NCBI GenBank assembly: GCA_947598395.1
Contig: CANQFG010000003.1
Span: forward strand, 4,178-68,177
Direction of reading: 5' to 3'
Origin: an uncultured Bacilli bacterium
Lineage (GTDB): Bacteria; Bacillota_I; Bacilli_A; RF39; UBA660
Length of the DNA stretch: 64,000 nt
Shown piece by piece: positions 10,944-18,849 of the stretch. Within the stretch, counting starts at the first letter, position 1. Each line of letters starts with the position of its first letter. The notes below the pieces were generated by a model that was given only the letters and a program-made list of their open reading frames with translations, did not search any database and was not told the origin of the DNA. Position numbers and translations under genes: made by a program.

Positions 10944-11039
10944 ATAATCTCCCTTTCTACGTACACACATCCTGGTGTATCGTTTTCCCCTTAAAACTAG
11001 GTTCCACCTAAGGTAGAACCTAAAATTAAATGCTAATAT

Positions 11040-11068
11040 AATATATCAAATTGTTCCTTAATCGTCAA
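11040..11068 (-). promoter_or_regulatory. Sigma-A-type promoter candidate for the rpsL operon
   Basis: Minus strand reads TTGACG, a 17-nt spacer, then TATATT. It lies ~100 nt upstream of rpsL. A hairpin (AGGTTC...GAACCT, 11000-11021) lies in the leader. Confidence 0.55.
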
Positions 11069-11137
11069 TACTTTTTTGATTATTTTTAAACGATTATTTC
11101 TCTTTATAATATATGCCCAAAGAATAAAAACTTTCCT

Positions 11138-11485
11138 TTAATCTTCATAATCAACCGTCGTATAATTTTTACAGCTAATAAAACTTTTATATTTCGTATC
11201 GCCAAGGACTCGCTTCACTAACACATATCCCCGACACTCATCATCATTTACTTTATTGCCATTCATAAATTCCTTTTCCACTAACATATCTAAATCAAGT
11301 TTTATCGATTCATTGACATCTAAGGCAATATTATTCTTTTCGATATAAAAGTTAGCCGCTTCCAACATATCATTTTCAAACGCCTTATAGTCCTTAATAC
11401 TTTCATTAAATTTTAAGCCAATGAAGGTCAGCGTCCCCACTAAAATAACGGCAACGATGCCCCAAATTATCATCAACTTTTTCAT
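11138..11485 (-). CDS. Small N-terminally membrane-anchored protein, unknown function
   Basis: Begins MKKLMIIWGIVAVILVGTLTFIGL (one TM helix) followed by a ~90-aa soluble part. Start at the ATG at 11485 after GGGGAG. Confidence 0.55.
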   Translation of the reverse strand: MKKLMIIWGIVAVILVGTLTFIGLKFNESIKDYKAFENDMLEAANFYIEKNNIALDVNESIKLDLDMLVEKEFMNGNKVNDDECRGYVLVKRVLGDTKYKSFISCKNYTTVDYED

Positions 11486-11604
11486 TTGAATACTCCCCAA
11501 TCATACATACGATAAATATAGTAGACCGCAACTAATCCAAAAAAGATCAGTATTCCCATCAAAATAAGCATTGTCCGCAAGCCCCAACCATTTTTCTTCT
11601 TCAT
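11482..11604 (-). CDS. Candidate 40-aa single-TM micro-protein (below the ORF-track cutoff)
   Basis: Hand translation gives MKKKNGWGLRTMLILMGILIFFGLVAVYYIYRMYDWGVFK. GGTGAG RBS lies upstream. Its TGA overlaps the ATG of the next gene (ATGA). Confidence 0.4.
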   Translation of the reverse strand: MKKKNGWGLRTMLILMGILIFFGLVAVYYIYRMYDWGVFK

Positions 11605-11743
11605 AATCTCACCACTTTACTTATCAATCATTACTTATATTATATCGTATATTTTAATTTTTTTTATCGTAAATTGTTAATATTTACAAAGGCTCATATT
11701 TTCTGTTAAATTTAAATTAGGAATTTATGATAGGAGGTTAAAC

Positions 11744-12670
11744 ATGAATCCGAATGATACTGGCGATAAAAAAGAAATCGTCATCAATAAAAACCATCTT
11801 GGCGTGCGCGATAGTTATACGACTTTAAATATTGAGGCGTATGCTATGCCGAGCAGTACTTATGTTCCCGATGATTCCCATGCCTTTGTCGTAACTGAAG
11901 ATCGAAGCAATTGCTGGGCCAACTATGGACGATGCTGGAATGATAAGGGCGATCGGGTATTAGTCGCCAAACAAAGGGCCTATAAGGAGTGGTTTTTAGA
12001 ATTTTGCCCACCCAATAATTACGCTCAAGTGGGAATCAATTTTGGCGTCAATGGGGTGTGTCATACCGTTGCCAACCGCCAACTTTTAATCGGAGAAGAT
12101 GACGTCAACGTGAGCCAAGCTCCCAAAAATTTTGTTACGGTTTCCGTCTTTGGCAAATATGGCTTTGGCTTAAAGATCTTAAAGCAATTGATTACCGATT
12201 CCTATAATCGGGCCCTTCTAAAAGTCGATATGCCCGATACTTTCTTAAATGAAGTTTTAGCTCGCATCGACAATACGATGGATGAGGAAACCGAAGCTTG
12301 GATCCAATTAATTGAAGAATATATTGCCTTACCAATAAGCTCAATAGTAACCCAACATACCGATGCTTTAGATCGACTTCATGAGATGATTGCCACCCTC
12401 CTTAATAATCGGGAGATGGCCTATGAAGAACTCATTAAAGATTTATCTAAGCAAGCGGACTTTGAAAAAAATATCTATATCTTACTTACGACTAATCTAA
12501 AAAATTATATCGAATTCTTATTTGCTAACGCCTATATCTCTGATCAAAATAGACAAATGGCCCTCAATAATCTTACGAACTTCTTTAATCAACTATTTAA
12601 AATCATCGATGGTCAAATGGAAGCTGTTCATGATACCGGCAAACTCGATATGGAACTAGCCAAAAAATAA
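11744..12670 (+). CDS. Hypothetical cytoplasmic protein: Cys/His-containing N-terminal domain plus helical C-terminal half
   Basis: 308-aa ORF with AGGAGG RBS and no signal peptide. Motifs SNCWANYG and GVCHTVANRQ were noted. No family recognised. Confidence 0.6.
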   Translation: MNPNDTGDKKEIVINKNHLGVRDSYTTLNIEAYAMPSSTYVPDDSHAFVVTEDRSNCWANYGRCWNDKGDRVLVAKQRAYKEWFLEFCPPNNYAQVGINFGVNGVCHTVANRQLLIGEDDVNVSQAPKNFVTVSVFGKYGFGLKILKQLITDSYNRALLKVDMPDTFLNEVLARIDNTMDEETEAWIQLIEEYIALPISSIVTQHTDALDRLHEMIATLLNNREMAYEELIKDLSKQADFEKNIYILLTTNLKNYIEFLFANAYISDQNRQMALNNLTNFFNQLFKIIDGQMEAVHDTGKLDMELAKK

Positions 12671-12703
12671 GGACTATAAAGCATAATAATTAATCAAATA
12701 ACT

Positions 12704-12730
12704 AACCACGTCTAAAAGGCGTGGTTTTCA
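12704..12730 (+). terminator. Rho-independent terminator after the 308-aa gene
   Basis: AACCACG-(9 nt loop)-CGTGGTT followed by TTTT. Confidence 0.6.
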
Positions 12731-12807
12731 CATGGCCTATAAGGCCCTAATATCTACCAGCCCGCATATGGAGGCTGGCTTTCTCTAGTTCAAGCCCAGT
12801 GTAATGA

Positions 12808-13263
12808 CTACTTTAGCAAACCTTTAAAAGGGTTTATATATTCTTTCTTACTTAATTTGTCTTCCATCATATCTTCTTTTTCTTGTTCTCTTATATATTT
12901 CCTTATTGTTGCTTCATTTAATCCTACTGTACTTACATAGTAGCCCGTTGCCCAAAAATTTCGATTCCCAAACTTATACTTCAAATTTGGATTCTTTTCA
13001 AAGATCATCAAACTACTTTTTCCTTTCAAATACCCCATGAAACTTGATACACTCATTCTTGGTGGGATTTCTACTAACAAATGCACATGGTCTGGCATCA
13101 TATGTCCTTCTAGGATTTCTACTCCCTTCCACTTACATAAATCCTTTATATACTTTTGGATTTCTTTTCTTAATTTATTGTATATGGTTTTTCTTCTATA
13201 TTTTGGTATAAATACAATATGGTACTTGCACATATACTTGGTATGTGCTAAACTTTTAGCCAT
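12808..13263 (-). CDS. tnpA: IS200/IS605-family transposase TnpA (Y1 HUH transposase)
   Basis: CKYHIVFIPKYRRK and MPDHVHLLVEIPP (HUH motif), with a Tyr-containing GYYVSTVG region. 151 aa. Confidence 0.93.
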   Translation of the reverse strand: MAKSLAHTKYMCKYHIVFIPKYRRKTIYNKLRKEIQKYIKDLCKWKGVEILEGHMMPDHVHLLVEIPPRMSVSSFMGYLKGKSSLMIFEKNPNLKYKFGNRNFWATGYYVSTVGLNEATIRKYIREQEKEDMMEDKLSKKEYINPFKGLLK

Positions 13264-13330
13264 GACATCTCTCCTTTCGTGCTTTTAATATGGGCTTGAA
13301 CGCACCATATTATAGCACGCGAGATGTCAT
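13262..13330 (-). promoter_or_regulatory. Long 5'-UTR stem-loop occluding the tnpA RBS and start codon
   Basis: In the mRNA sense, AUGACAUCUC pairs with GAGAUGUCAU, which covers the end of the AGGAGA RBS, the spacer and the AU of the AUG. Inner helices are CGUGCU/AGCACG and AAUAUGG/CCAUAUU, giving about 23 bp in total. Confidence 0.55.
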
Positions 13331-13463
13331 ATTACTATAAGTCTTTTAATTCCACTAGCTTAGCTAGTGGTTTTTTGATGGCTTGCCCTTTGCAAGCCAC
13401 ACCCTGAAAGGTTAATCAAAAATGCGGACAAATACTTAAGCTATTTGTCCTTTATAATTATAT

Positions 13464-13484
13464 AAAAAAGAAGCCTTGAGCTTC
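13464..13484 (-). terminator. Rho-independent terminator downstream of rplL
   Basis: Minus strand reads GAAGC-tcaag-GCTTC followed by TTTTTT. Confidence 0.65.
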
Positions 13485-13492
13485 CTTCTTAA

Positions 13493-13858
13493 CTAAGCTA
13501 ATTCGACAGTAGCGCCAGCTTCTTCAAGTTTAGCTTTAATTTCGTTTGCCTCATCGACAGAAATATTTTCTTTAATATTTCCACCATTATCAGCAACACC
13601 CTTAGCTTCAACTAATCCTAAGCCAGTGATTTCTCTTATAACTTTGATAACTTGAATCTTAGAAGCACCAGCATCCTTTAAGACAACGGTCTTCGTACTA
13701 GATCCTTCTTCTTCTTGAGCTACTGGAGCAGCTGCTACAGCAACAGCACTTGGATCAACTCCAAAAGTTTCCTTCATAGCGTCAACTAATTCTTTGACTT
13801 CTAAAATTTTCATTTCTTTAATTGCGTCAATAATTTCACTTGTCGATAATTTTGCCAT
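13493..13858 (-). CDS. rplL: 50S ribosomal protein L7/L12
   Basis: N-terminal dimerisation region, Ala-rich hinge ([14 protein letters not shown]) and C-terminal [15 protein letters not shown] motif. Confidence 0.97.
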   Translation of the reverse strand: MAKLSTSEIIDAIKEMKILEVKELVDAMKETFGVDPSAVAVAAAPVAQEEEGSSTKTVVLKDAGASKIQVIKVIREITGLGLVEAKGVADNGGNIKENISVDEANEIKAKLEEAGATVELA

Positions 13859-13875
13859 TTAAATCATTCCTCCCT

Positions 13876-14373
13876 TTAATTTTTTTCACCTAATTGTTCG
13901 GCATATAAATTAAGTGCAATAGATAGATTTTTTACGTGTTCCATCAATCCACCAGCAAACATAGTAAGTAAACCTTCCATAGATGGTATAGCTGCATAAT
14001 CTTTGATCGTATCTAATGATACAACTTCGCCATCGACGAGTCCCGTAAGAATTTCGACATTCTTATGTTTCTTAGCAAATTCATCAAAGGCTTTGATAGG
14101 TTCAAGAAGTTCTTTGCCAAACACGATTGCATTTGGTCCTTCTAAGAAGCTACTCAAATCAATGTTCATATCATCTAAAGCTCTTTTGACAAGAGTATTC
14201 TTATAGACTTTTACTTCACTATCGATTTTCTTTAATTCTCTCCGTAATTCTTGCATATCAGAAACAGAACTTTGAGCATATCTAAATAGTAATACACTCT
14301 TCGAATTCTTTAATTTATCCGTTATCTCTTGTACTGTCTCTTTTTTCGAATTAAGAATTTTCTCGCTTGCCAT
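13876..14373 (-). CDS. rplJ: 50S ribosomal protein L10
   Basis: 165 aa, located immediately upstream of rplL. Typical L10 pattern (LRRELKK..., KNTLVKRAL). Confidence 0.95.
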   Translation of the reverse strand: MASEKILNSKKETVQEITDKLKNSKSVLLFRYAQSSVSDMQELRRELKKIDSEVKVYKNTLVKRALDDMNIDLSSFLEGPNAIVFGKELLEPIKAFDEFAKKHKNVEILTGLVDGEVVSLDTIKDYAAIPSMEGLLTMFAGGLMEHVKNLSIALNLYAEQLGEKN

Positions 14374-14530
14374 ATATGTCCTCCTTTTATATTTATAAAA
14401 AAACTTTCCACGACGGGAAAGTATTATATTATTTAATATAGGACTTCCCTCGGTAGGATTATTAAGACGTATCCCCTACTGTCTTCGGTAAAAAGTTTTT
14501 TCATCGATTTTTAATTTAACATATTTATTA
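14374..14530 (-). promoter_or_regulatory. Probable L10 (rplJ) leader with an attenuator hairpin
   Basis: 157-nt untranslated gap between rplA and rplJ. The minus strand contains CTTTCC-cgtcgt-GGAAAG followed by TTTTTTT just before the rplJ RBS. This position and architecture match the ribosomal-protein L10 leader of low-GC Gram-positives. Confidence 0.55.
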
Positions 14531-15232
14531 TTATATGTCAAATGAATTTATATCGACATGGATACCAGGCCCCATGGTCGAACAAATTGAAATATTTTGC
14601 ATGTACTTACCTTTAACGGTTGCTGGTTTAGCCTTAGCTATAGTAGCAACGACATAGGCAATGTTTTCCGATAAAGCTTTCTCGTCAAACGATACTTTAC
14701 CAACTAAGCAGTGAATATTGCCAAATTGATCAGCACGATATTCAATCATACCTTTCTTGACATCGGCTACGGCCTTATCTGGCGTTACAGTAACCGTTCC
14801 CGTCTTAGGATTTGGCATTAGACCTTTAGGTCCTAAAACCTTACCAATTTTTCCTAAAGCTGGCATCATTTCGGGAGTTGCGATAATTACGTCAAAATCA
14901 AACCAATTTTCTTGGGCAATTTTATCGATTAACTCAACTTCACCAACATAGTCAGCACCGGCATTTTTGGCTGCTTCGGCTTGAGCACCTTTGGCTAAAA
15001 CTAAGATTTTCTTCGTCTTACCATTGCCATTAGGTAAAACTAATGATCCTCTCAATTGTTGATCAGCTTTTTTGGTATCGATATTAAGCTTGACTGCTAA
15101 TTCAACGGAACTATCGAATTTCGTCGTACTAGTCTCTTTGACAAGCTTAACAGCTTCTTCTAAAGTATAGCTTTTATTCTTTTCAACTTTCTTTGAAGCT
15201 TCCACATACTTCTTTCCTGATTTTCTCATCAT
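14531..15232 (-). CDS. rplA: 50S ribosomal protein L1
   Basis: KKYVEA..., LGPKGLMPNPKTGTVT motif. 233 aa. Follows rplK. Confidence 0.96.
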   Translation of the reverse strand: MMRKSGKKYVEASKKVEKNKSYTLEEAVKLVKETSTTKFDSSVELAVKLNIDTKKADQQLRGSLVLPNGNGKTKKILVLAKGAQAEAAKNAGADYVGEVELIDKIAQENWFDFDVIIATPEMMPALGKIGKVLGPKGLMPNPKTGTVTVTPDKAVADVKKGMIEYRADQFGNIHCLVGKVSFDEKALSENIAYVVATIAKAKPATVKGKYMQNISICSTMGPGIHVDINSFDI

Positions 15233-15274
15233 TATACCTCCAATCGTGGTTTATTAGCGGATATATTTCATCTA

Positions 15275-15871
15275 TTAATTATCAGCATTTTCAGTTTCTG
15301 ATTCTTCTTTTTCAGTTATAACTTCGACATCGACATTAGAATTACTTGCTGATTCTTCCATTGCCTCGAGTTCAGCTTCCCGTTTTTGGGCTTCTCTTTC
15401 AGCAGCTTCGGCTTCAAGAGCTTGTTCGGCAAGTTCGGCATCATTGACACCCTTGACGGCAACACCCATATTGCGAGCAGTACCTTCGACAATCTTCATT
15501 GCTTCCTCAACCGTGTAGGCATTTAAATCCGGTAACTTTATCTCAGCAATAGCTTTGGCATCTTCCTTAGTAATCGTTGCGACTACTTCGTTGGCACCCT
15601 TTTTACTACCCGATTTAATCTTGGCATACTTCTTGATCAATTCAGCAGCTGGTGGAGTCTTAAGTACAAAGTCAAATGAACGATCATCATAGACAGAGAT
15701 TAAAACTGGGATGACATCACCCATTTTATCGCGCGTCGCATCATTATACTTCGTACAGAACTCTTGTAAATTAATTCCTGCTGGTCCTAAAACCGTACCA
15801 ACTGGTGGAGCTGGCGTTGCTTTTCCAGCCGGAATTTGTAATTTAATCTTCTTTACGACTTCTTTTGCCAC
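15275..15871 (-). CDS. rplK: 50S ribosomal protein L11 with a ~55-aa acidic C-terminal extension
   Basis: [25 protein letters not shown] and [10 protein letters not shown] motifs. Start set to the GTG at 15871 (M-AKEVVKK), 10 nt after AAAGGA. The canonical L11 part ends near ...NMGVAVKG, and the ORF continues for ~55 Glu/Ala/Asp-rich residues. Confidence 0.93.
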   Translation of the reverse strand: MAKEVVKKIKLQIPAGKATPAPPVGTVLGPAGINLQEFCTKYNDATRDKMGDVIPVLISVYDDRSFDFVLKTPPAAELIKKYAKIKSGSKKGANEVVATITKEDAKAIAEIKLPDLNAYTVEEAMKIVEGTARNMGVAVKGVNDAELAEQALEAEAAEREAQKREAELEAMEESASNSNVDVEVITEKEESETENADN

Positions 15872-16039
15872 GTAAAACACATCCTTTCGTATTTTCGCTA
15901 GTGGTTATGGGCTAATCCGCAATTTCCCTCCCACTTACTAAAAATAATATTTAGCACTTAAGATACTAACACATAAACGACAAAAAAACAACCATAAATT
16001 TATTTTTATTTATTTTATGCTTGTTTTTTTAATTTATAT

Positions 16040-16579
16040 CTATTTAACAACGGTTACTTGGAATAATTCGACTTCGACTGGCGTCTCTTGACCAAATAAG
16101 TCGATTAAAACGGTGAGGCGCGAATTTTCCGTATCGATATTATCGATCGTACCGGACATGCCAGTAAATGGACCATCGACGATGGAAACTTTGGTACCGA
16201 CTGCTAATTCGGCATCGACATCGACGCGACTCATACCCATATTTATCAAAATGCGATCGATTTCTTGTGGCAATAATGGCGTCGGTTTGGCACCCTTACC
16301 AGAAGAACCAATAAATCCCGTAACTCCTGGCGTATTACGAACGATGTACCAAGCATCATCGGTCATGATCATCTCGACTAAAATATAGCCCGGAAACATC
16401 TTATGTTTCTTTTCCTTCTTCGTACCATCTTTTAACGTTTCGATGACCGTCTCTTCGGGAATGATAATGCGGAAGATATAATCGGTAAATCCCATGGATT
16501 CGGCCCGCATCTCCAACTTTTCTTTTACTTTACTTTCGTGTCCACTATAAGTGTTGACAACATACCATTGTTTTTCCAT
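16040..16579 (-). CDS. nusG: Transcription termination/antitermination factor NusG
   Basis: WYVVNTYSGHE, FPGYILVEM and a KOW region (GTKVSIVDGPFTGMSG). Follows secE. Confidence 0.96.
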   Translation of the reverse strand: MEKQWYVVNTYSGHESKVKEKLEMRAESMGFTDYIFRIIIPEETVIETLKDGTKKEKKHKMFPGYILVEMIMTDDAWYIVRNTPGVTGFIGSSGKGAKPTPLLPQEIDRILINMGMSRVDVDAELAVGTKVSIVDGPFTGMSGTIDNIDTENSRLTVLIDLFGQETPVEVELFQVTVVK

Positions 16580-17001
16580 TAATCCATCAAATCCTTTACT
16601 AGAGCAAATAATGCATCAATTCCAAAAAAGAATAAAGCAAATATCGCCACAAAGATAAATGATGCTATGGAATATTTGATGACTTCCTCTTTTTTTGGCC
16701 ATCTAACTAATTTCATCTCTTCTAAGACATCGGATAGATAGGAATCCCTTTTGCCAATCTTATTCCTTTGATGTTTGACATTTTTGATTTTTTGATTGAT
16801 CTCTTTCTTTTCAACCTTGGATTTAACGCTCTTCTTTTCCTTAGATAAATCCTTGATTTCCTTATCTAATTTCTTCTTTTCATTGAGCATCGCTTCTTTT
16901 TCAATTTTCTTAGCTTTTTTTAAATTTTGTTTGCGTTTTTTTAAGTCTTCTTGTCTTTGCTTTTTGTTTTCTACTGGTTCTTTCGTTTCCTTTTTTGCCA
17001 C
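16579..17001 (-). CDS. secE: Preprotein translocase subunit SecE with a long Lys-rich N-terminal extension
   Basis: The C-terminal ~55 aa (EEMKLVRWPKKEEVIKYSIASFIFVAIFALFFFGID) match the SecE core. The N-terminal ~85 aa are K/E-rich. Start set to the GTG at 17001 after AAGAGGTGA. Confidence 0.8.
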   Translation of the reverse strand: MAKKETKEPVENKKQRQEDLKKRKQNLKKAKKIEKEAMLNEKKKLDKEIKDLSKEKKSVKSKVEKKEINQKIKNVKHQRNKIGKRDSYLSDVLEEMKLVRWPKKEEVIKYSIASFIFVAIFALFFFGIDALFALVKDLMD

Positions 17002-17096
17002 TTTGATCACCTCTTAATTTTATTGTATTAAAAAAGACACTTTCGTGTACGCCATTAATATAGCACACCCAAAGGTATCTTGCAAGTAAAAGATTC

Positions 17097-17696
17097 CTAC
17101 TTTTTAAGTAAATCTTTTATTTTCGTCCTTATTCTCTGCATCGTATTATCAATTTGTTTGGGGTTTTTATTTAAAATCGAGGCAATTTCATGATAATTAA
17201 AACTATTGAGCATCAATTTATAGACTTCATATTCCAAGGGACTTAACAGGTCTTTGATCTTCGATTTTAAATTGCGGATGTTTTCTTCGGCTTCGACCGT
17301 TATCGATGGATCCGATAGAGGCGAACTGATAAAGTTTAATAACGAGACATTTTCATCGTATTCGGCCTCTAAAGAGTAAGCTTCGCGGCGCGCTTTATCC
17401 TTATCCGTCGATGATTTACGAATAAATTTGGTGACGCGGCGTTCGACGCAGATCGTAATGAAGGTCGGAAGTGTCGTATCCCGATCATCGGCATAGTTAA
17501 CTAAGGCATCGGAAAAACCTACCATGGCCTCTTGTTCGAGTTCTTTAAAATCGATATCCAAAACATAGGCCGCTTTCTTATATTTATTGCAGATAATATC
17601 GATTATATAGTGATATTTTTCATAGACATAATCGCGGGCATCTTCGCTATTTTCACTTATCATATTGATTAATTCATTATCCGGATATTCATTCAT
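17097..17696 (-). CDS. sigH: Sigma-70-family sigma factor, SigH-like by sequence and synteny
   Basis: Region 2-like LEQEAMVGFSDALVNY... and a region 4 HTH (YHEIASILNKNPKQIDNTMQRIRTKI). Located between rlmB and secE, as sigH is in Bacillus subtilis. Confidence 0.75.
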   Translation of the reverse strand: MNEYPDNELINMISENSEDARDYVYEKYHYIIDIICNKYKKAAYVLDIDFKELEQEAMVGFSDALVNYADDRDTTLPTFITICVERRVTKFIRKSSTDKDKARREAYSLEAEYDENVSLLNFISSPLSDPSITVEAEENIRNLKSKIKDLLSPLEYEVYKLMLNSFNYHEIASILNKNPKQIDNTMQRIRTKIKDLLKK

Positions 17697-17720
17697 ATAA
17701 CTTATCCTTTCCCTAAGGGA

Positions 17721-18389
17721 CTACTCAATTCCATAAATTAAAATGGCGGCCGCAACCGAAGCATTGAGACTATTGACTTTCCCATACATCGGAATGCTGA
17801 TTATTTCATCGGAGTTTTCCCTTACTAATCGCGATATGCCATGGCCTTCACTGCCAATTACCAAGACTTTCTTATCGGCATAGTCGACATCACGATAATC
17901 ACATCCATCCGCTTCGGCACTATAGACAAAATAGCCTTTTTTCTTTAAGTCATTTAGAGCCACAACTAAGTTGGTGACCATAATAATATTGACGTGATTT
18001 AAGGCACCCGCCGATGTCTTCATAACCGTATCATTGACGGTGACACTGCGGTCTTTGGGAATGATAATACTCTTAATGCCCCGCGCTTCACACGTCCGAA
18101 TGATGGCTCCAAAATTATGGGGATCTTCGATATGATCGAGAACGACGATAAAGTCTTCGGCCCCAATATCCTCCAACTTGCCATATTCAAAATCCGATAT
18201 TTCGATAATTATTCCTTGATTATGCGGCATGATATGATCCAAAGTTTTACTATCACTCATCACATATTTCAATTTATGATTTTTAATTTTATCCAATATT
18301 TCTTGATCTTTAAAGTTATCGGCCAAATAAATTTTTTTAATCGCCTTATAATCAATCTCATTAAAGACATTTTTACCACATACGCGCAT
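17721..18389 (-). CDS. rlmB: SpoU/TrmH-family 23S rRNA 2'-O-methyltransferase (RlmB/YacO-like)
   Basis: DHIEDPHNFGAIIRT, VIGSEGHGIS and SLNASVAAAILIY motifs. Start at the ATG at 18389 after AGGTGA. Confidence 0.85.
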   Translation of the reverse strand: MRVCGKNVFNEIDYKAIKKIYLADNFKDQEILDKIKNHKLKYVMSDSKTLDHIMPHNQGIIIEISDFEYGKLEDIGAEDFIVVLDHIEDPHNFGAIIRTCEARGIKSIIIPKDRSVTVNDTVMKTSAGALNHVNIIMVTNLVVALNDLKKKGYFVYSAEADGCDYRDVDYADKKVLVIGSEGHGISRLVRENSDEIISIPMYGKVNSLNASVAAAILIYGIE

Positions 18390-18810
18390 CTTTTTCACCT
18401 AATATATGATGCATGAGAGCATCACATCTTTCTCTATCATTTTGATATAAATAACCAATAAGACATTCCAAACCCGTCGCTTTTTTATAGGTAATGATAT
18501 CCGTCGTCTTACTAGCATGACTCGAGGCATTACGACCCCGTTTGACGATTGTAAGTTCCTCTTCGCTTAAGATATTATCATCGATGAGATCCTCTAAAAT
18601 CCGACATTGACTAGCAGCACTGACATAGGAAATACTAGCACGTTGCAAATCTTTGACATTGGCAATTCCCATATTTAGCAAGTGTTCGCGAACATATAAT
18701 TCATAGACGGCATCGCCTAAATAAGCTAATACTAAGTTATTCATCTCTTCACCGCCTAAATAATAACATAAATCTTCTTTTAAATACAAGTTGGCATTTA
18801 TTTTCGACAT
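18373..18810 (-). CDS. mrnC: Mini-ribonuclease III
   Basis: LAYLGDAVYELYVREHLL and the RNase III-like signature. Size and position upstream of rlmB match B. subtilis. The start is uncertain; an internal ATG at MNNLVLAYLGD is possible. Confidence 0.85.
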   Translation of the reverse strand: MSKINANLYLKEDLCYYLGGEEMNNLVLAYLGDAVYELYVREHLLNMGIANVKDLQRASISYVSAASQCRILEDLIDDNILSEEELTIVKRGRNASSHASKTTDIITYKKATGLECLIGYLYQNDRERCDALMHHILGEKDARMW

Positions 18811-18849
18811 AATTTGAACCTAAAAACACCAAAAAAAGAGATATCTGAC

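Larger units (their letters stand above)
12730..13455 (-). mobile_element. IS200/IS605-family insertion sequence (tnpA only); boundaries approximate
   Basis: A Y1 (HUH) transposase gene is flanked by subterminal hairpins. On one side: GGCCtataaGGCC (12734-12746) and CCAGCC...GGCTGG (12757-12778). On the other side: CCACTAGC-tta-GCTAGTGG (~13363-13381), GGCTTGC...GCAAGCC (~13390-13408) and GGACAAATA...TATTTGTCC (~13425-13449). Total size of ~0.7 kb fits IS200. Confidence 0.6.

Noticed and set aside
12704-12726. Hairpin AACCACG...CGTGGTT, considered as a terminal hairpin of the IS200-like element
   Set aside because: It is followed by a T-run on the plus strand directly after the stop of gene 11744..12670. 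An ordinary intrinsic terminator is the simpler explanation, so the IS boundary was placed after it.
15881-16039. Possible L1-binding autoregulatory leader upstream of rplK-rplA
   Set aside because: The region has a promoter-like TGtTAGTAT element and some GC-rich segments (GGGAGGGAAATTGCGG). I cannot identify the 23S-mimic L1 site by eye with any confidence.
16796-17017. 73-aa plus-strand ORF antisense to the secE N-terminal extension
   Set aside because: Same low-complexity mirror effect (Lys codons read as Phe/Leu). It has no start context.
17011-17096. Search for rpmG (L33), which normally precedes secE and would be below the 60-aa ORF cutoff
   Set aside because: The gap is only 86 nt, too short for a ~49-codon gene. 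No suitable frame is present.
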